A stretch of DNA of 62,919 nucleotides, counting the filler, from Octopus bimaculoides (taxonomy: Eukaryota), in the NCBI RefSeq assembly GCF_001194135.2. It is 4 parts of 3 records of this genome, joined end to end, with 100 filler letters (N's around TTAATTAATTAA, not from the genome) between each part and the next. Parts side by side here need not be neighbours in the genome. Positions count along the whole stretch, not along the records: positions 1 to 20,243 come from NC_068983.1; 3 more parts are not named here. The stretch is one strand, 5' to 3'. Within the stretch, counting starts at the first letter, position 1, and each line of letters opens with the position of its first letter. The notes beneath the pieces were generated by a model. That model was not told the origin of the DNA and did no database searches. It was given only the letters and a program-made list of their open reading frames with translations. The position numbers and the translations under genes were made by a program. Positions 1-11,938 of the stretch are shown here, one piece after another.

Positions 1-56
<56 letters not shown>

Positions 57-2513
57 TACATGCATATATATATAATACATACATATGTGTGTGTGTGTTT
101 GCATGCGCGCGCGTGTGTGTGTGTGTATGAATATGAAGTGGGGCTTAATTGATTGATTCATATGAGTTTCTGTGTCACTGATTAGAAGAACCAACTTTAA
201 GTCATGCATGATTTGGTTCGCTAACAGCCAATCTTCCTTCCCTTCTTCGCATTTCCTTCTTCCCTCCTTTCCCAAGTTCCTCACGTGAAGAAAGGTATTG
301 TAGAAGGGTGAGTTAACCTACATGTTTCTTATCATACCTTACGTTACCGACAATGCAACTGTTGTTGCTGTTAGCTGCCTCCATAAATTCTTCAATCCAT
401 CTACTTCAGCATCTTGTGTTTTTGTTAGTATAATATTAAGTATTTTCATTCTTTTTTATGCTTTTTTTTTGTATTAATTTTAATAGCATATATTCCCCCC
501 CCCCCCATCCACAGCTGATGAAATGTCAATCGATATCGGTTGAAGAACTAAGACATGAGAACTAACATCGAAAAGATCTTCGAATATGTGTGTGAGTGTC
601 TAGAGAGAAAGTGATGGTGGTGACAGTGGTGATAGTAGTGGTGGATATGTTGAAGATTGGCAAGAAATGCTACGGTCTGTGTCTTTATTACGACTGACGT
701 AGAATTTCTATGCAAGATATAAATGAAAAAATTGTTCGTGAGCTAGCAGAATTGTTAGCGCGTCCAAGAAAATATTTACCAGTATTTCTTCCGGCTCTTT
801 ATGTTCAAATTCCGCCGATGTCAACTTTACCTTTCATCCTATCGAAGGTCAAGCAGCGTAGCTAGCGAGGCAGGGGTGATGGTTCGCTTTTGGCTATGCT
901 TTTATGGGTGCCTCACATAAGGCTTAAAGAATACCATAGGGCACACGCTATAACTACACTTCTGCAGAAATCGATAAAATAAAGTACCAGTCAAGCACTG
1001 GAGTCGATATAACTGACTAGACTCCTCTCCTTGAAAATGCTGGTCTTGTGCCAAAGTTTAAAACCATTATTACTATAATGAACGAATGATGATGTGGTGG
1101 AAAGAAAACATAAGAGTTGTGTTATTTAGATACATCTCTTGGCGTTTGGAGTTCGATTCCCACCTGAATTAGTGTTATCCATCATCCTTACGAGAAGTAG
1201 AAACGTGTGATGATAAAATAAAATATTACCAGTTGTATACTATGGTTTGTAAAAATCAACCCTTCCTTCATCCTTAATCAGTGTTAAAGCGTCAGGCAAA
1301 CGCCTTTTGATATTTGGTTTCAGCCTTCTACGCCCTACGTTCAAATTCTGTTGAAGCCCATTTTATCATTTCGAGGCCTTTCGTTCCTGAGACCTTTCGT
1401 TCCCAACGCCTTTCTTTCAGTTTAAAAGAAAAGTAAAAGCGTCAATACAATATATTATTTCCTACCCACTGCTTAATTTTTTGGTCCTTGTCCATAACTA
1501 AGACACCGTTCTCTAATCAGTGGCATAACCATTAACGGTGGACAAATATTTTACGGTATTTAAATTCTTTTTATATTCTGAAATCTACTTCCGCTGACGT
1601 CAACTATGATATTCATCCTTGAGGGTTCTCATAAATCAGATAATGATACTACATTAAAGGGACTACCCTAGCTTTGCGTTGAACTGTCTGGTTTCTGGAA
1701 TTTTGTCGAAAATCGTTATCATGATTGTTCCGGTTAATGAATTTAAAAATCCCGCCCTTACCTAGATCAAATATTTATTTCCGGTTTTCTTTAGCATAAC
1801 ATGGATTAATGCCAAATAATAGTTTCTGCAATATGTCAAGGGCGAATAGAGTCACAAGGAAATGGAACAAGGAAAGCGACAAAATAAATTGCCATTGTTG
1901 TTAATACAGACACCTTTCCACTCTCACACACATACACATACATGCATACATATATATAGCATATGCAAGCACGTATGTACGCATATATGTATCTGTCTGC
2001 CTGTTTGCCTGTCTGTCTATCTATCTATCTATCGATCTATCTATCTATCTATCTATCTATCTGTCTGTCTCACTCCCTCTTTTTCTCTCTCTCTTTCTAT
2101 CTCACTCNNNNNNNNNNTCTCTCTCTCTCTCTGCATATATATGATAATAATAATAATGATAATAATGATAATAATAATAATAATAATAATAAAAAGTGAC
2201 AACGAAAGAATGAGACCTCGTTATTAATTAAATTCAGGATTATTTATATATGTATAAATTAGGACAATCAATAAGTTGTCATTGTAGTACTCGGAGTTTT
2301 TCCTTTTTAATTGTGTGAATGTGTACATGTGTGAGTATATGCATATGTATGTATATATTTTTGTATGTATATGCGTGTGTGTGTGCGTATATGTATGTAT
2401 ATGAGTGTAAATCTGTGTCCGGTGCATAGGTGCGTCTTTCATGCACACGTCCCCTTCAGTTATACGGATATGCATATGTTTGTATATGTGCGGGTGTAGG
2501 TGTGTGATAGGAG

Positions 2514-2587
<74 letters not shown>

Positions 2588-2588
2588 A

Positions 2589-2927
2589 GGCGCATGGCTC
2601 AGTGGTTAGAGCGTCGAACTTACGAATGATCGTGAGGTTGTGAGTTCGAATCCCGGACCGGGCTGCTTGTTGTGTTCTTGAGCCAGACACTTTATTTCAC
2701 GTTGCTTCAGTTCACTCAGCTATAGTAATGAGTTGCGACGTCACAGTTGCCAAGCTGTATCGTCCTTTGCCTTTCCCTTGGATAACACTGGTGGCGTGGA
2801 AAAGGGAGGCCTGTATGCATGGGTGACTGCTGGTCTTCCATAAACAGCCTTGCCCGAACTTGTGCCTGGGATGGTAATTTTCTAGGTGCAATCCCATGGT
2901 CAGTCATGACTGAAGGGGGTGTCAGCA
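2589..2927 (+). mobile_element. tRNA-derived SINE (head type A)
   Basis: Pol III box A TGGCTCAGTGG and box B GAGTTCGAATCCC, conserved TGTGTTCTTGAGC.AGACACTTTATTTCAC body, ends in (AT)n. Confidence 0.8.
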
Positions 2928-3741
2928 TATATATATATATANNNNNNNNNNNNNNNNNNNNNNNNNNNNNNNNNNNNNNNNNNNNNNNNNNNNNNNNNNN
3001 NNNNNNNNNNNNNNNNNNNNNNNNNNNNNNNNNNNNNNNNNNNNNNNNNNNNNNNNNNNNNNNNNNNNNNNNNNNNNNNNNNNNNNNNNNNNNNNNNNNN
3101 NNNNNNNNNNNNNNNNNNNNNNNNNNNNNNNNNNNNNNNNNNNNNNNNNNNNNNNNNNNNNNNNNNNNNNNNNNNNNNNNNNNNNNNNNNNNNNNNNNNN
3201 NNNNNNNNNNNNNNNNNNNNNNNNNNNNNNNNNNNNNNNNNNNNNNNNNNNNNNNNNNNNNNNNNNNNNNNNNNNNNNNNNNNNNNNNNNNNNNNNNNNN
3301 NNNNNNNNNNNNNNNNNNNNNNNNNNNNNNNNNNNNNNNNNNNNNNNNNNNNNNNNNNNNNNNNNNNNNNNNNNNNNNNNNNNNNNNNNNNNNNNNNNNN
3401 NNNNNNNNNNNNNNNNNNNNNNNNNNNNNNNNNNNNNNNNNNNNNNNNNNNNNNNNNNNNNNNNNNNNNNNNNNNNNNNNNNNNNNNNNNNNNNNNNNNN
3501 NNNNNNNNNNNNNNNNNNNNNNNNNNNNNNNNNNNNNNNNNNNNNNNNNNNNNNNNNNNNNNNNNNNNNNNNNNNNNNNNNNNNNNNNNNNNNNNNNNNN
3601 NNNNNNNNNNNNNNNNNNNNNNNNNNNNNNNNNNNNNNNNNNNNNNNNNNNNNNNNNNNNNNNNNNNNNNNNNNNNNNNNNNNNNNNNNNNNNNNNNNNN
3701 NNNNNNNNNNNNNNNNNNNNNNNNNNNNNNNNNNNNNNNNN

Positions 3742-3801
3742 CGAACGTCCCTTAGGTGTTCGGTGAAACGGTCGGCCAGCCGGCGGCCCGTCTGCCCCAC
3801 A

Positions 3802-3804
<3 letters not shown>
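3742..3804 (-). mobile_element. Penelope-like GIY-YIG endonuclease fragment
   Basis: YVGQTGRRLADRFTEHLRDVR matches the YIG.T.R.L..R..EH signature. Continues into the N gap. Confidence 0.75.
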
Positions 3805-3832
<28 letters not shown>

Positions 3833-4293
3833 TTATATGTATGTGTCTAAATTTATATGTATGCATGGAGACACCTATGTGTATATGAGGATGAAGTTGC
3901 GTGCACATATGCACACGCACACACATATACATGTGTGCGTGTGTGTGTATGTATGAGTACGTATATGCATATATATATATATGTTTGTGTGTGTATGTGT
4001 ATGTACATATACATGTTTGTGTGAGTGTGTACGTACATAGACGTTATGAACACAGGAGGTTTTATGTCTATAAATTGTGAGAAGATGGTTGTGAGTATTT
4101 TTTATCTTTTATCTTTTTTCTTTTCTCCTACCTATTAGAGTAACTTCCCTTTTATTCAACGGTTTTTCATAGCGTCTATTGACATTAATAGCCGACGCGA
4201 ATGCAACGTAGCTCTTCGCACCAACATTCGAAACTCCGAGTACTATAATGACAACTTACTGATTGTCCTAAATTATACACACACACAAATATA

Positions 4294-4606
4294 TACGACC
4301 AATTAGCTTTCCGCTTGTGGTGGGCCTCTGATGCCCGGATAAGCACTCGCTTCATTTGCCTGTCTGCTCGAGTTAAACTTTAGTTTACATATACTTATAC
4401 ATACAACATACATACATTACATACATACGCACGCGCATACATACATACATGTATGTATGTATGTATGTATGTATAAGTATATGAAAACTAAAGTCTGACT
4501 CGAGCAGACAGGCAAATGAAGCGAGTGCTTACCCGGGCGTCAGAGGTAGCGTTTAGGCGACTGAAAGTACAAGACTCCACCACAAGCGGAAAGCTAGTTG
4601 GTCGTA
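4294..4606. mobile_element. Fold-back / MITE-like palindromic element with (TACA)n/(TGTA)n centre
   Basis: Left arm TACGACCAATTAGCTTTCCGCTTGTGGTGG...CTCGAG is the near reverse complement of the right arm CTCGAGCAGACAGG...CCACCACAAGCGGAAAGCTAGTTGGTCGTA. TA at both ends. Confidence 0.8.
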
Positions 4607-4690
4607 GGATAAACAAATACTCATTTTCAGCCCAATAAACGAACGACTTAACGATCCTAAACAACACCTTAAACACTAGGCCATGTAACT

Positions 4691-4755
<65 letters not shown>

Positions 4756-4975
4756 CTCTCTCACACACACACACACACTGATTCTCAGGTGCGCGCGGGT
4801 ATGTAATATGTTACACATGCAAAGAAACACACGTGTATATGTTTATACTTCAATATCACTTTCGGTATATCATTGTGTAATGTAAATAGTACACTCAATT
4901 TTTTCTACGTATAGCTGTACGTAAATGATGAACGCATGCAAAATTCACTGCCAAGTATGAATATAGAAATACGTA

Positions 4976-5865
4976 CGAGGGGGTGCCGAAAAGAAACTGG
5001 AATTTTGCAATGTTATTTTATTCACTTAGTTTTATATGTTCACACTTTTAAAGCCTTCAAAGTATTCTCCATTTGAAGCAATGTATCGGTCCAGGCGCGT
5101 TTTCCACTATTCGAAGCAGTACTGGAACTCTTGCGAAGCGATGCCTTTTTTCCTTCACCACTTCCACATCTGCAAATTCCATAGCGCCAGCTTTCATCAC
5201 CGGTGATGACCTTCGATAAAAATGATCCGAATCGACTTTCAACTGTTCTTTCAGTTTACGACACGTGTTCAGTCGTGGCTGCTTTCGATCATTCGTGAGC
5301 AAGCGAGACACAAATTTTGCTGCAACTCTTTTCATTCGCAATTACTCGTTCAAAATTCGTTGGTAGGAGCTCCAGGACACACCTGTCATATCAACAAGTT
5401 CTTCAATTGTTCGGTGACAGCCATCCAAGATCAGTTCATGAATTTTCATGATGTTTTCATTCGTTCGGGAGGTCGATGGTCGTCCTGAACGAGTTTGGTC
5501 TTCAGGTGACAAGTGACCATTCCTAAAGCGTGGAAACCACTCGTAAACTTGTGTTTTGCGCATGGCAGCGTCCTTGTAAGCTGTTTGAAGCATGACAGCT
5601 GCTTCGGCCACTTTTCCCCAGCAGAAAACAGAATTTCACGGAAGCATGCTGTTCCTTCGTTTCAGCCATCATAAAAATCAACAAACAGAGGAGAAGCACT
5701 GTAGAACAAAGACGCACCACGTGGCAGTAGGAGTTCAGCCAACGACGTCGGTCAGCAGACTGATGCCTGAGGGTCACTTCAAGTGGGTTCTGGCAGCCGA
5801 AACCTGAGCTACGACTGGTTTGTCCCACAGTGAACATTTCCAGTTACTTTTGGGTACTCCCCTCG
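4976..5865 (-). mobile_element. Mariner deletion derivative (890 bp) with both TIRs
   Basis: TIRs CGAGGGGGTGCCGAAAAGAAACTGGAA and TTCCAGTTACTTTTGGGTACTCCCCTCG, TA on both sides. Transposase pieces KEQHASVKFCFLLGKS, TQVYEWF.RF, RSGRPSTSR, ITGDESW and YIASNGEYFEG with frameshifts. Confidence 0.92.
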
Positions 5866-5968
5866 TATGTGCATTTATTCGTTATATATGTGTGCGTGTG
5901 TATACGTGTGTGTACGTGTATATCTGTGTATGTGCGTTTGTTTGCATATAAATATATATAAGTATATG

Positions 5969-6002
<34 letters not shown>

Positions 6003-6008
<6 letters not shown>

Positions 6009-6262
6009 CGTGATCACGTGACCTACCAAGTTATCAGATGTTGTTACACATCGCTAGTCACAATGCGTTTTTGCATTGCTTTAGTCTTCAAATAACATCC
6101 CCCTGCTGGCTTGGCGAGCAGGCCTACATTCCCCCTTGATCGAAAGGTGGGACTGTAGCAACGTGAAATGAAGTGCTTTCCTGAAGAACAGAATGCGACG
6201 CCCAACCAGGGAATCGAACCCACGATCGAGTGCAACAACCTAACCACTTGACCACGCACCTG
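6003..6262 (-). mobile_element. tRNA-derived SINE (head A, different tail)
   Basis: Reverse strand GGTCAAGTGGTTAGG...GGTTCGATTCCC, then GCACTTCATTTCACGTTGCT. Tail unrelated to the 2589 copy. Confidence 0.7.
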
Positions 6263-6271
6263 TATATTTTC

Positions 6272-6578
6272 TTTGCGCCCTTTTAAAGCCTAGCCAGGCT
6301 CATGGGCCCGGTTTCCCGGTTTCTTTGGCGTATGTGTTCCACCCCAGCTGGACGGGACGCCAGTCCATCGCAGCTTTACTCAAGAAACAGGAAGAAAGAG
6401 TGAGAGAAAGTTGGGGCGAAAGAGTACAACAGAGGTCGCCACCAGCACCCTGCCAGAGCCACGTGGAGCTTTAAATGTTTTCGCTCAATAAATACACACA
6501 ACACTCGGTCTGGGAATCGAAACCGCGATCCTCCGACTGCGAGTCCGCTGCCCTAACCATTGGGCCTTTGCGCCTCCA
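6272..6578 (-). mobile_element. tRNA-derived SINE (head type F)
   Basis: GGCCCAATGGTTAGGGCAGCGG...GGTTTCGATTCCCAGACC head; tail CTGCGATGGACTGGCGTCCCGTCCAG...GGCTAGGCTTTAAAAGGG. Confidence 0.75.
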
Positions 6579-7158
6579 CTCACCATACTTCATTCACCAT
6601 ACTTCTGTATAATAAAAGTTTGAATAACTCGCTTTCAAGATGTCTGCACAGTTAAGTATGGACTTTTGAAAACCATAAGTTATATTTTTAAACATTAATA
6701 CTCCCGTATGGTGCACTATGGTATCGTGGGATGTATTGTTTAAGAGCAACATTAGTAGTGACTCTCAGTCGTCACATTCCAGCTGTCACCTATGATTTGA
6801 GAAGTACTGTTGTTGCACTTGCTATTAACAGAACCTGAAACTATATCTAGATGAGAATGTTTTAGCCAAGTTGCTCGCCCATGTAAACCATCTGTTTATC
6901 ATCTCTTGAATTGCAAGTTTCCTGTCTGATAACTTCATTGCAACGACCCACACTCTATCAACACTGGTGTACCCAAACTTTGTTGTGTTTCACTCATTAG
7001 TAACCTGCTTTTTTATTATTGCAAGCCACCAGCTCTTAAGTACATGATACCATCCTTCACATTCGCTTCCTTGATTTCTCACACTATGTCACACATATGA
7101 ACTCAGAAACGCGCGCGCACGCTTACACACACGCACACGCTTACACACACGCACACGC

Positions 7159-7197
<39 letters not shown>

Positions 7198-8077
7198 ACG
7201 CACGCACATATACACACAACATAGTCAACAAACGGGAAACATGTAATGCTTCCGTACAAGAGACACCTTCACCAGGGCATCCACGTCAGANNNNNNNNNN
7301 NNNNNNNNNNNNNNNNNNNNNNNNNNNNNNNNNNNNNNNNNNNNNNNNNNNNNNNNNNNNNNNNNNNNNNNNNNNNNNNNNNNNNNNNNNNNNNNNNNNN
7401 NNNNNNNNNNNNNNNNNNNNNNNNNNNNNNNNNNNNNNNNNNNNNNNNNNNNNNNNNNNNNNNNNNNNNNNNNNNNNNNNNNNNNNNNNNNNNNNNNNNN
7501 NNNNNNNNNNNNNNNNNNCGTTTATTCAGAATTCTTAAGGGGTGGATAAGATACCAGTCATGGCCTGGGGGTTGATTCTTTCCTCTTTGTATGCTCCCTC
7601 TGTCCCTCTGTCTCTGTCTGTCTGTCTCTCTCTCTTTCTCTCTTACTCTCTCTCTCTCTCTCGCTCTCTCTCTCTCTCAAGGAATCAGCTACGATACATT
7701 TTGAGAACTTTTTTTAAAGGCCCGTTTCAGCAGAAAAGAATGAGCTTGTTGCTATCAACCCTGCCTTCTTCTCTTAGAACTGAAATTAATCACCCTCAAA
7801 AATGGCCCAGCGCGCAGTGCAGTACAGAAAAAGGAAATATAGAAGCAGAATATACATACAGGAAATTTAAAGAGAATTCCAACTAAAGGAAGCACAAAAA
7901 ATAAATGAAAAAAGTGAACTGTGTGCATATATGTATGTGTCTTAAAAAGAATGGTGGGGGCTATACAGCAAAGAAGAAGTAGTGAAAGGTAGATTCTCAT
8001 TAGAATTAGTGAAAGAAGAGAAGATAAAGGAGTAGGAAGAGAAGTGTAGAAGTGGTTGTTGTTGTTGTAGCCGTTAC

Positions 8078-8108
<31 letters not shown>

Positions 8109-8237
8109 GGTCGTGGTCGTGGTAAATAATTGATAGTTGATGATGTTAGTGGTGGGCGTAAAAGCCTAAACAGCTAATGCACTTATAGGGTGGTAAGGTT
8201 CCTTTTCTGCAGAAATAGCATGATTGAGTAATTAAAT

Positions 8238-8270
<33 letters not shown>

Positions 8271-8679
8271 ATGGACTCAAAAGAACTGATCCGATGAGTG
8301 GAAAAGAAAACACGATAAAATATGAAAAAAAATTGCTACTCTTCAAATAAGTAATTTTTTTAATGTTTTTTTTTTTTCCTCTTTTATGTTTTATTTGAGT
8401 AGATTCATGTGTGTGTGTGTGTATGTGTCTGTCTGTCTGACTGTCTCTGTCCCACTTCGTTTTTTTTCTTCTTCTCTCTCTCTTTCTATACAAATGCAAT
8501 GAAGTAAGTTTATAAATGGCAGGGGAAACTAACGAAAATCTGCCAATAATCATTGTGATTGTTTCACAGAACAGAATGATTAAAAGAAGAGTATACAAAT
8601 ATAAAAAAGTATCAACATTGATTTTTTGACTGAACTTAACTCTACCGCTTCCGATACATCTTAATTAAAAATGATGATG

Positions 8680-8721
<42 letters not shown>

Positions 8722-8889
8722 GTGATTTCATGTATTTGCCACAGGGGCGAAGGATGAAGGGGACAATACAAAGACAGACATAAAGTGTTAGGGTTTACAT
8801 ATAATAATGAAATGATAAAAAGGAAAGAAATTATACACGGTATACACTGAAGGGACATATGCATAGGATACAAAGGTTTAATAAAATAA

Positions 8890-8890
8890 T

Positions 8891-8942
<52 letters not shown>

Positions 8943-9043
8943 ATAGTCGTAGTAGTAGTAGTAGTAGTAATAGTCGTAGTAGTAGTAGTAGTAGTAGTAA
9001 TAGTCGCAGTAGTAGTAGTAGTAGTAGTAGTAGTAATAGTCGC

Positions 9044-9075
<32 letters not shown>

Positions 9076-9121
9076 CAGCAGCAGCAGCACCAGCAGCAGC
9101 AGTAGTAGTAGTAGTAGTAAA
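8890..9121. repeat. Compound (AGC)n-(AGT)n microsatellite with periodic TAATAGTCG interruptions
   Basis: Directly visible; explains the poly-V, poly-L and poly-Y ORFs. Confidence 0.95.
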
Positions 9122-10689
9122 AACTCATGAAACACCGAAACAGAAATTAAAAGCCATTTACCTGTACTTAGCAACGATTTGTTACATATACATGGATATT
9201 ATAATGAATTTTGTTTGTGAGTTTTTTGTATATAGAAGCAATTTAATTAATTCATGCATGTATGTATGTATGCATGTATGTATGTATGTATGCATGTTTG
9301 TATGTATGTGTGTGCGTAATACATTGTATTTCGTTTAAAGTTGTGTGTTCCAATTTGACTTGATACTCACTAATCTATGAAAGATGAAAAAAGTTTTAAG
9401 CCTATCTCTAGCGTAATGCATCAATGAATTACATAGTCTATCTACTTTCAAACTTTACAAAGCAATTTTTTACTGCCGTTAATGTTAATTGCTATTATCT
9501 TTGCCAGACAAAAGCTACTTTTTCTGAGAAATCTCTTTTCATATTTGTTTATATTAGCTAATATAGACGCAAGCGCGAGTCTGTATGGTTACGAAGTTCG
9601 TTTCAAAACTATGTAACTCCATGTTCAGTTCCACTTCACGACACCTTGGGTGAAAAGTTTCGATCGTCATGTTTGCCAGACTAAGTCATAAGAACAAAAG
9701 TGAATGGGCAGAAACTGCGGACATATGTAAGATTGAGTTTACCTGTTTCCGAGTGGAAGACTGAATTCATCTTCTTTAACAGTACCAACTTCGAATACTT
9801 TCGTGTGCTGGATTATAGTAAGTTTATTGCATAAAGTACTCAGGTGCACTGCAACTTATCGAAAATTGGTAAAAAAAAAAAAAAGGGACAGCAAGCACCA
9901 CTAATTTATGTGAGGAAATACATCAATGAAAGCTAAAAGTACGTGCACAGTACACAGAATAAAGCACAAAAAGGCAGAAAAGCGAACAGTAAAAGAACAA
10001 GAACTGCAACTAGGTGTACATTCTGATAATGCCAAGATCATTCTTTCGTTTTCATACCAGCCTTTTGAACTCTGGAAATAGGTCAACTGTAGCTCCACCC
10101 GTCTCTAAATATGTTTTAATAAAAGTTCTGTGATATGCCCTGCAACTGTAATGTCCATTAATATTTCAGGTATGCTGTAAGGCGGTGAGCTACTAGAATC
10201 GTTAGCACGCCGGACAAAATGTTCAGCAGCATTTCGTCCGTCTTTATGTCTTGAGTTCAAATTCCGTCGAAGTTGACTTTGCCTTTCATCCTTCGGGATC
10301 GATAAAATAAGTACCAGTTAACTACTGGGGTCGATGTAAACGACTTATCTTCTCACCCAAAATTACTAGCTTTGTGCCAAAATTTGAAATCAATATTTCA
10401 GATATGCTGATGTTACTCTTATTCTTATTGCTGGTAGTTTCGAAAAATTGAAAATTTCGATGACGGAAAAGTAAAAAGTATGGTTTATTCATTAATTTTC
10501 AGAAATCTGAATCAATGGTTATTTTAGAATCGTATCAAAATAATCCTCCAATAATTGATAATCAAACTGTCAAAATGGTGAATGACGTTTGCAACATTGA
10601 AAGTATTATTACAAAACAATGACAGCGTAAAGATAATTAGAATTGTTTTAAAGAATCTTACTGTTATTTCTTTGAACCGTATTTATATT

Positions 10690-11085
10690 AATCAATCAGT
10701 AAAGAGACAAAGTTAAATTTGAATTCCAACAGTAAGGTATGAATCGGAAAGCTGGACTTAAAAAATGTTAAAGAAAAGAAACAGTTTCCATGTTTTGTAT
10801 TGTAGAAGATTGCTATGAATTAGTTTGATAGAGAAAAAGAAAGCGAAAAATCAGAATAGACTTGAGAGGAGCCTTGTAAAAAGAGTCGGGCAAACAAGAA
10901 CACTGATATTTTGAGCGTATCATAAAGGCAGATGGTCTACATAGTTGATCGCTGAAAACTCACTAGAAAATGTCAAACGTGGTTGATAGCATGATAGTGA
11001 CAACAGAATTTAAGCTAATTGGAAAATATTTAGACAAGCCATCTAAACTGCAAGGGCTATTATCTACAGATATGATGAGCTTTAA
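10690..11085 (+). mobile_element. Highly decayed RTE-like LINE C-terminal fragment
   Basis: VRYESESWT resembles the RTE V.YG.ESWT motif, followed by RRLL.I- and ENVKRG-like remnants; many stops. Confidence 0.5.
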
Positions 11086-11896
11086 TTAACCAGATTACTG
11101 GGATGTGAAACTGCAACAGTTTATAATGCACAGAGTTATATCCAACGGGGACCAGGTGAATCAATAACCATGGGTTTAGCTATTCAGAGTCCTACACTTC
11201 CTATTAGAGACAAAAGGCGTAAATTGCCATTCAAGTTTCTTTTGCTCTGTAACTTCTAGGTACATCATGGAGATTATACGTACGCATATATATATATCAT
11301 ATATAGGTTTTAATACTGAAATTGAAAGGCAGGCGTGAATTATGCCTACCTAATCTACAAAAGAATATTTTGCATTTTATGCATAGTAATCAGAGTAACC
11401 TTCATAATTTTATTGAATTAGGTGCATATTTTGCCATAATAAGAAACTGTTACTATCAATCTATTTTATTCGGGGTAGGCACTGCCTACTTTGCTTGTCC
11501 AGGCGGCACGTCCCTGATATATATATATATATATATANNNNNNNNNNNNNNNNNNNNNNNNNNNNNNNNNNNNNNNNNNNNNNNNNNNNNNNNNNNNNNN
11601 NNNNNNNNNNNNNNNNNNNNNNNNNNNNNNNNNNNNNNNNNNNNNNNNNNNNNNNNNNNNNNNNNNNNNNNNNNNNNNNNNNNNNNNNNNNNNNNNNNNN
11701 NNNNNNNNNNNNNNNNNNNNNNNNNNNNNNNNNNNNNNNNNNNNNNNNNNNNNNNNNNNNNNNNNNNNNNNNNNNNNNNNNNNNNNNNNNNNNNNNNNNN
11801 NNNNNNNNNNNNNNNNNNNNNNNNNNNNNNNNNNNNNNNNNNNNNNNNNNNCTGCAAGTCGATGGATACCGCACATTTTCCTCCAGTTTCTAATTG

Positions 11897-11938
<42 letters not shown>

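Noticed and set aside
2589-2665. tRNA-like sequence with A and B boxes
   Set aside because: It continues into a SINE body and lacks a proper acceptor stem; the same applies to the heads at 6260, 6578 and 45625.
2250-4280. Inverted ~55-bp match between 2250-2305 and 4226-4280
   Set aside because: Most simply two fragments of a dispersed repeat; too short and far apart to imply a structure.
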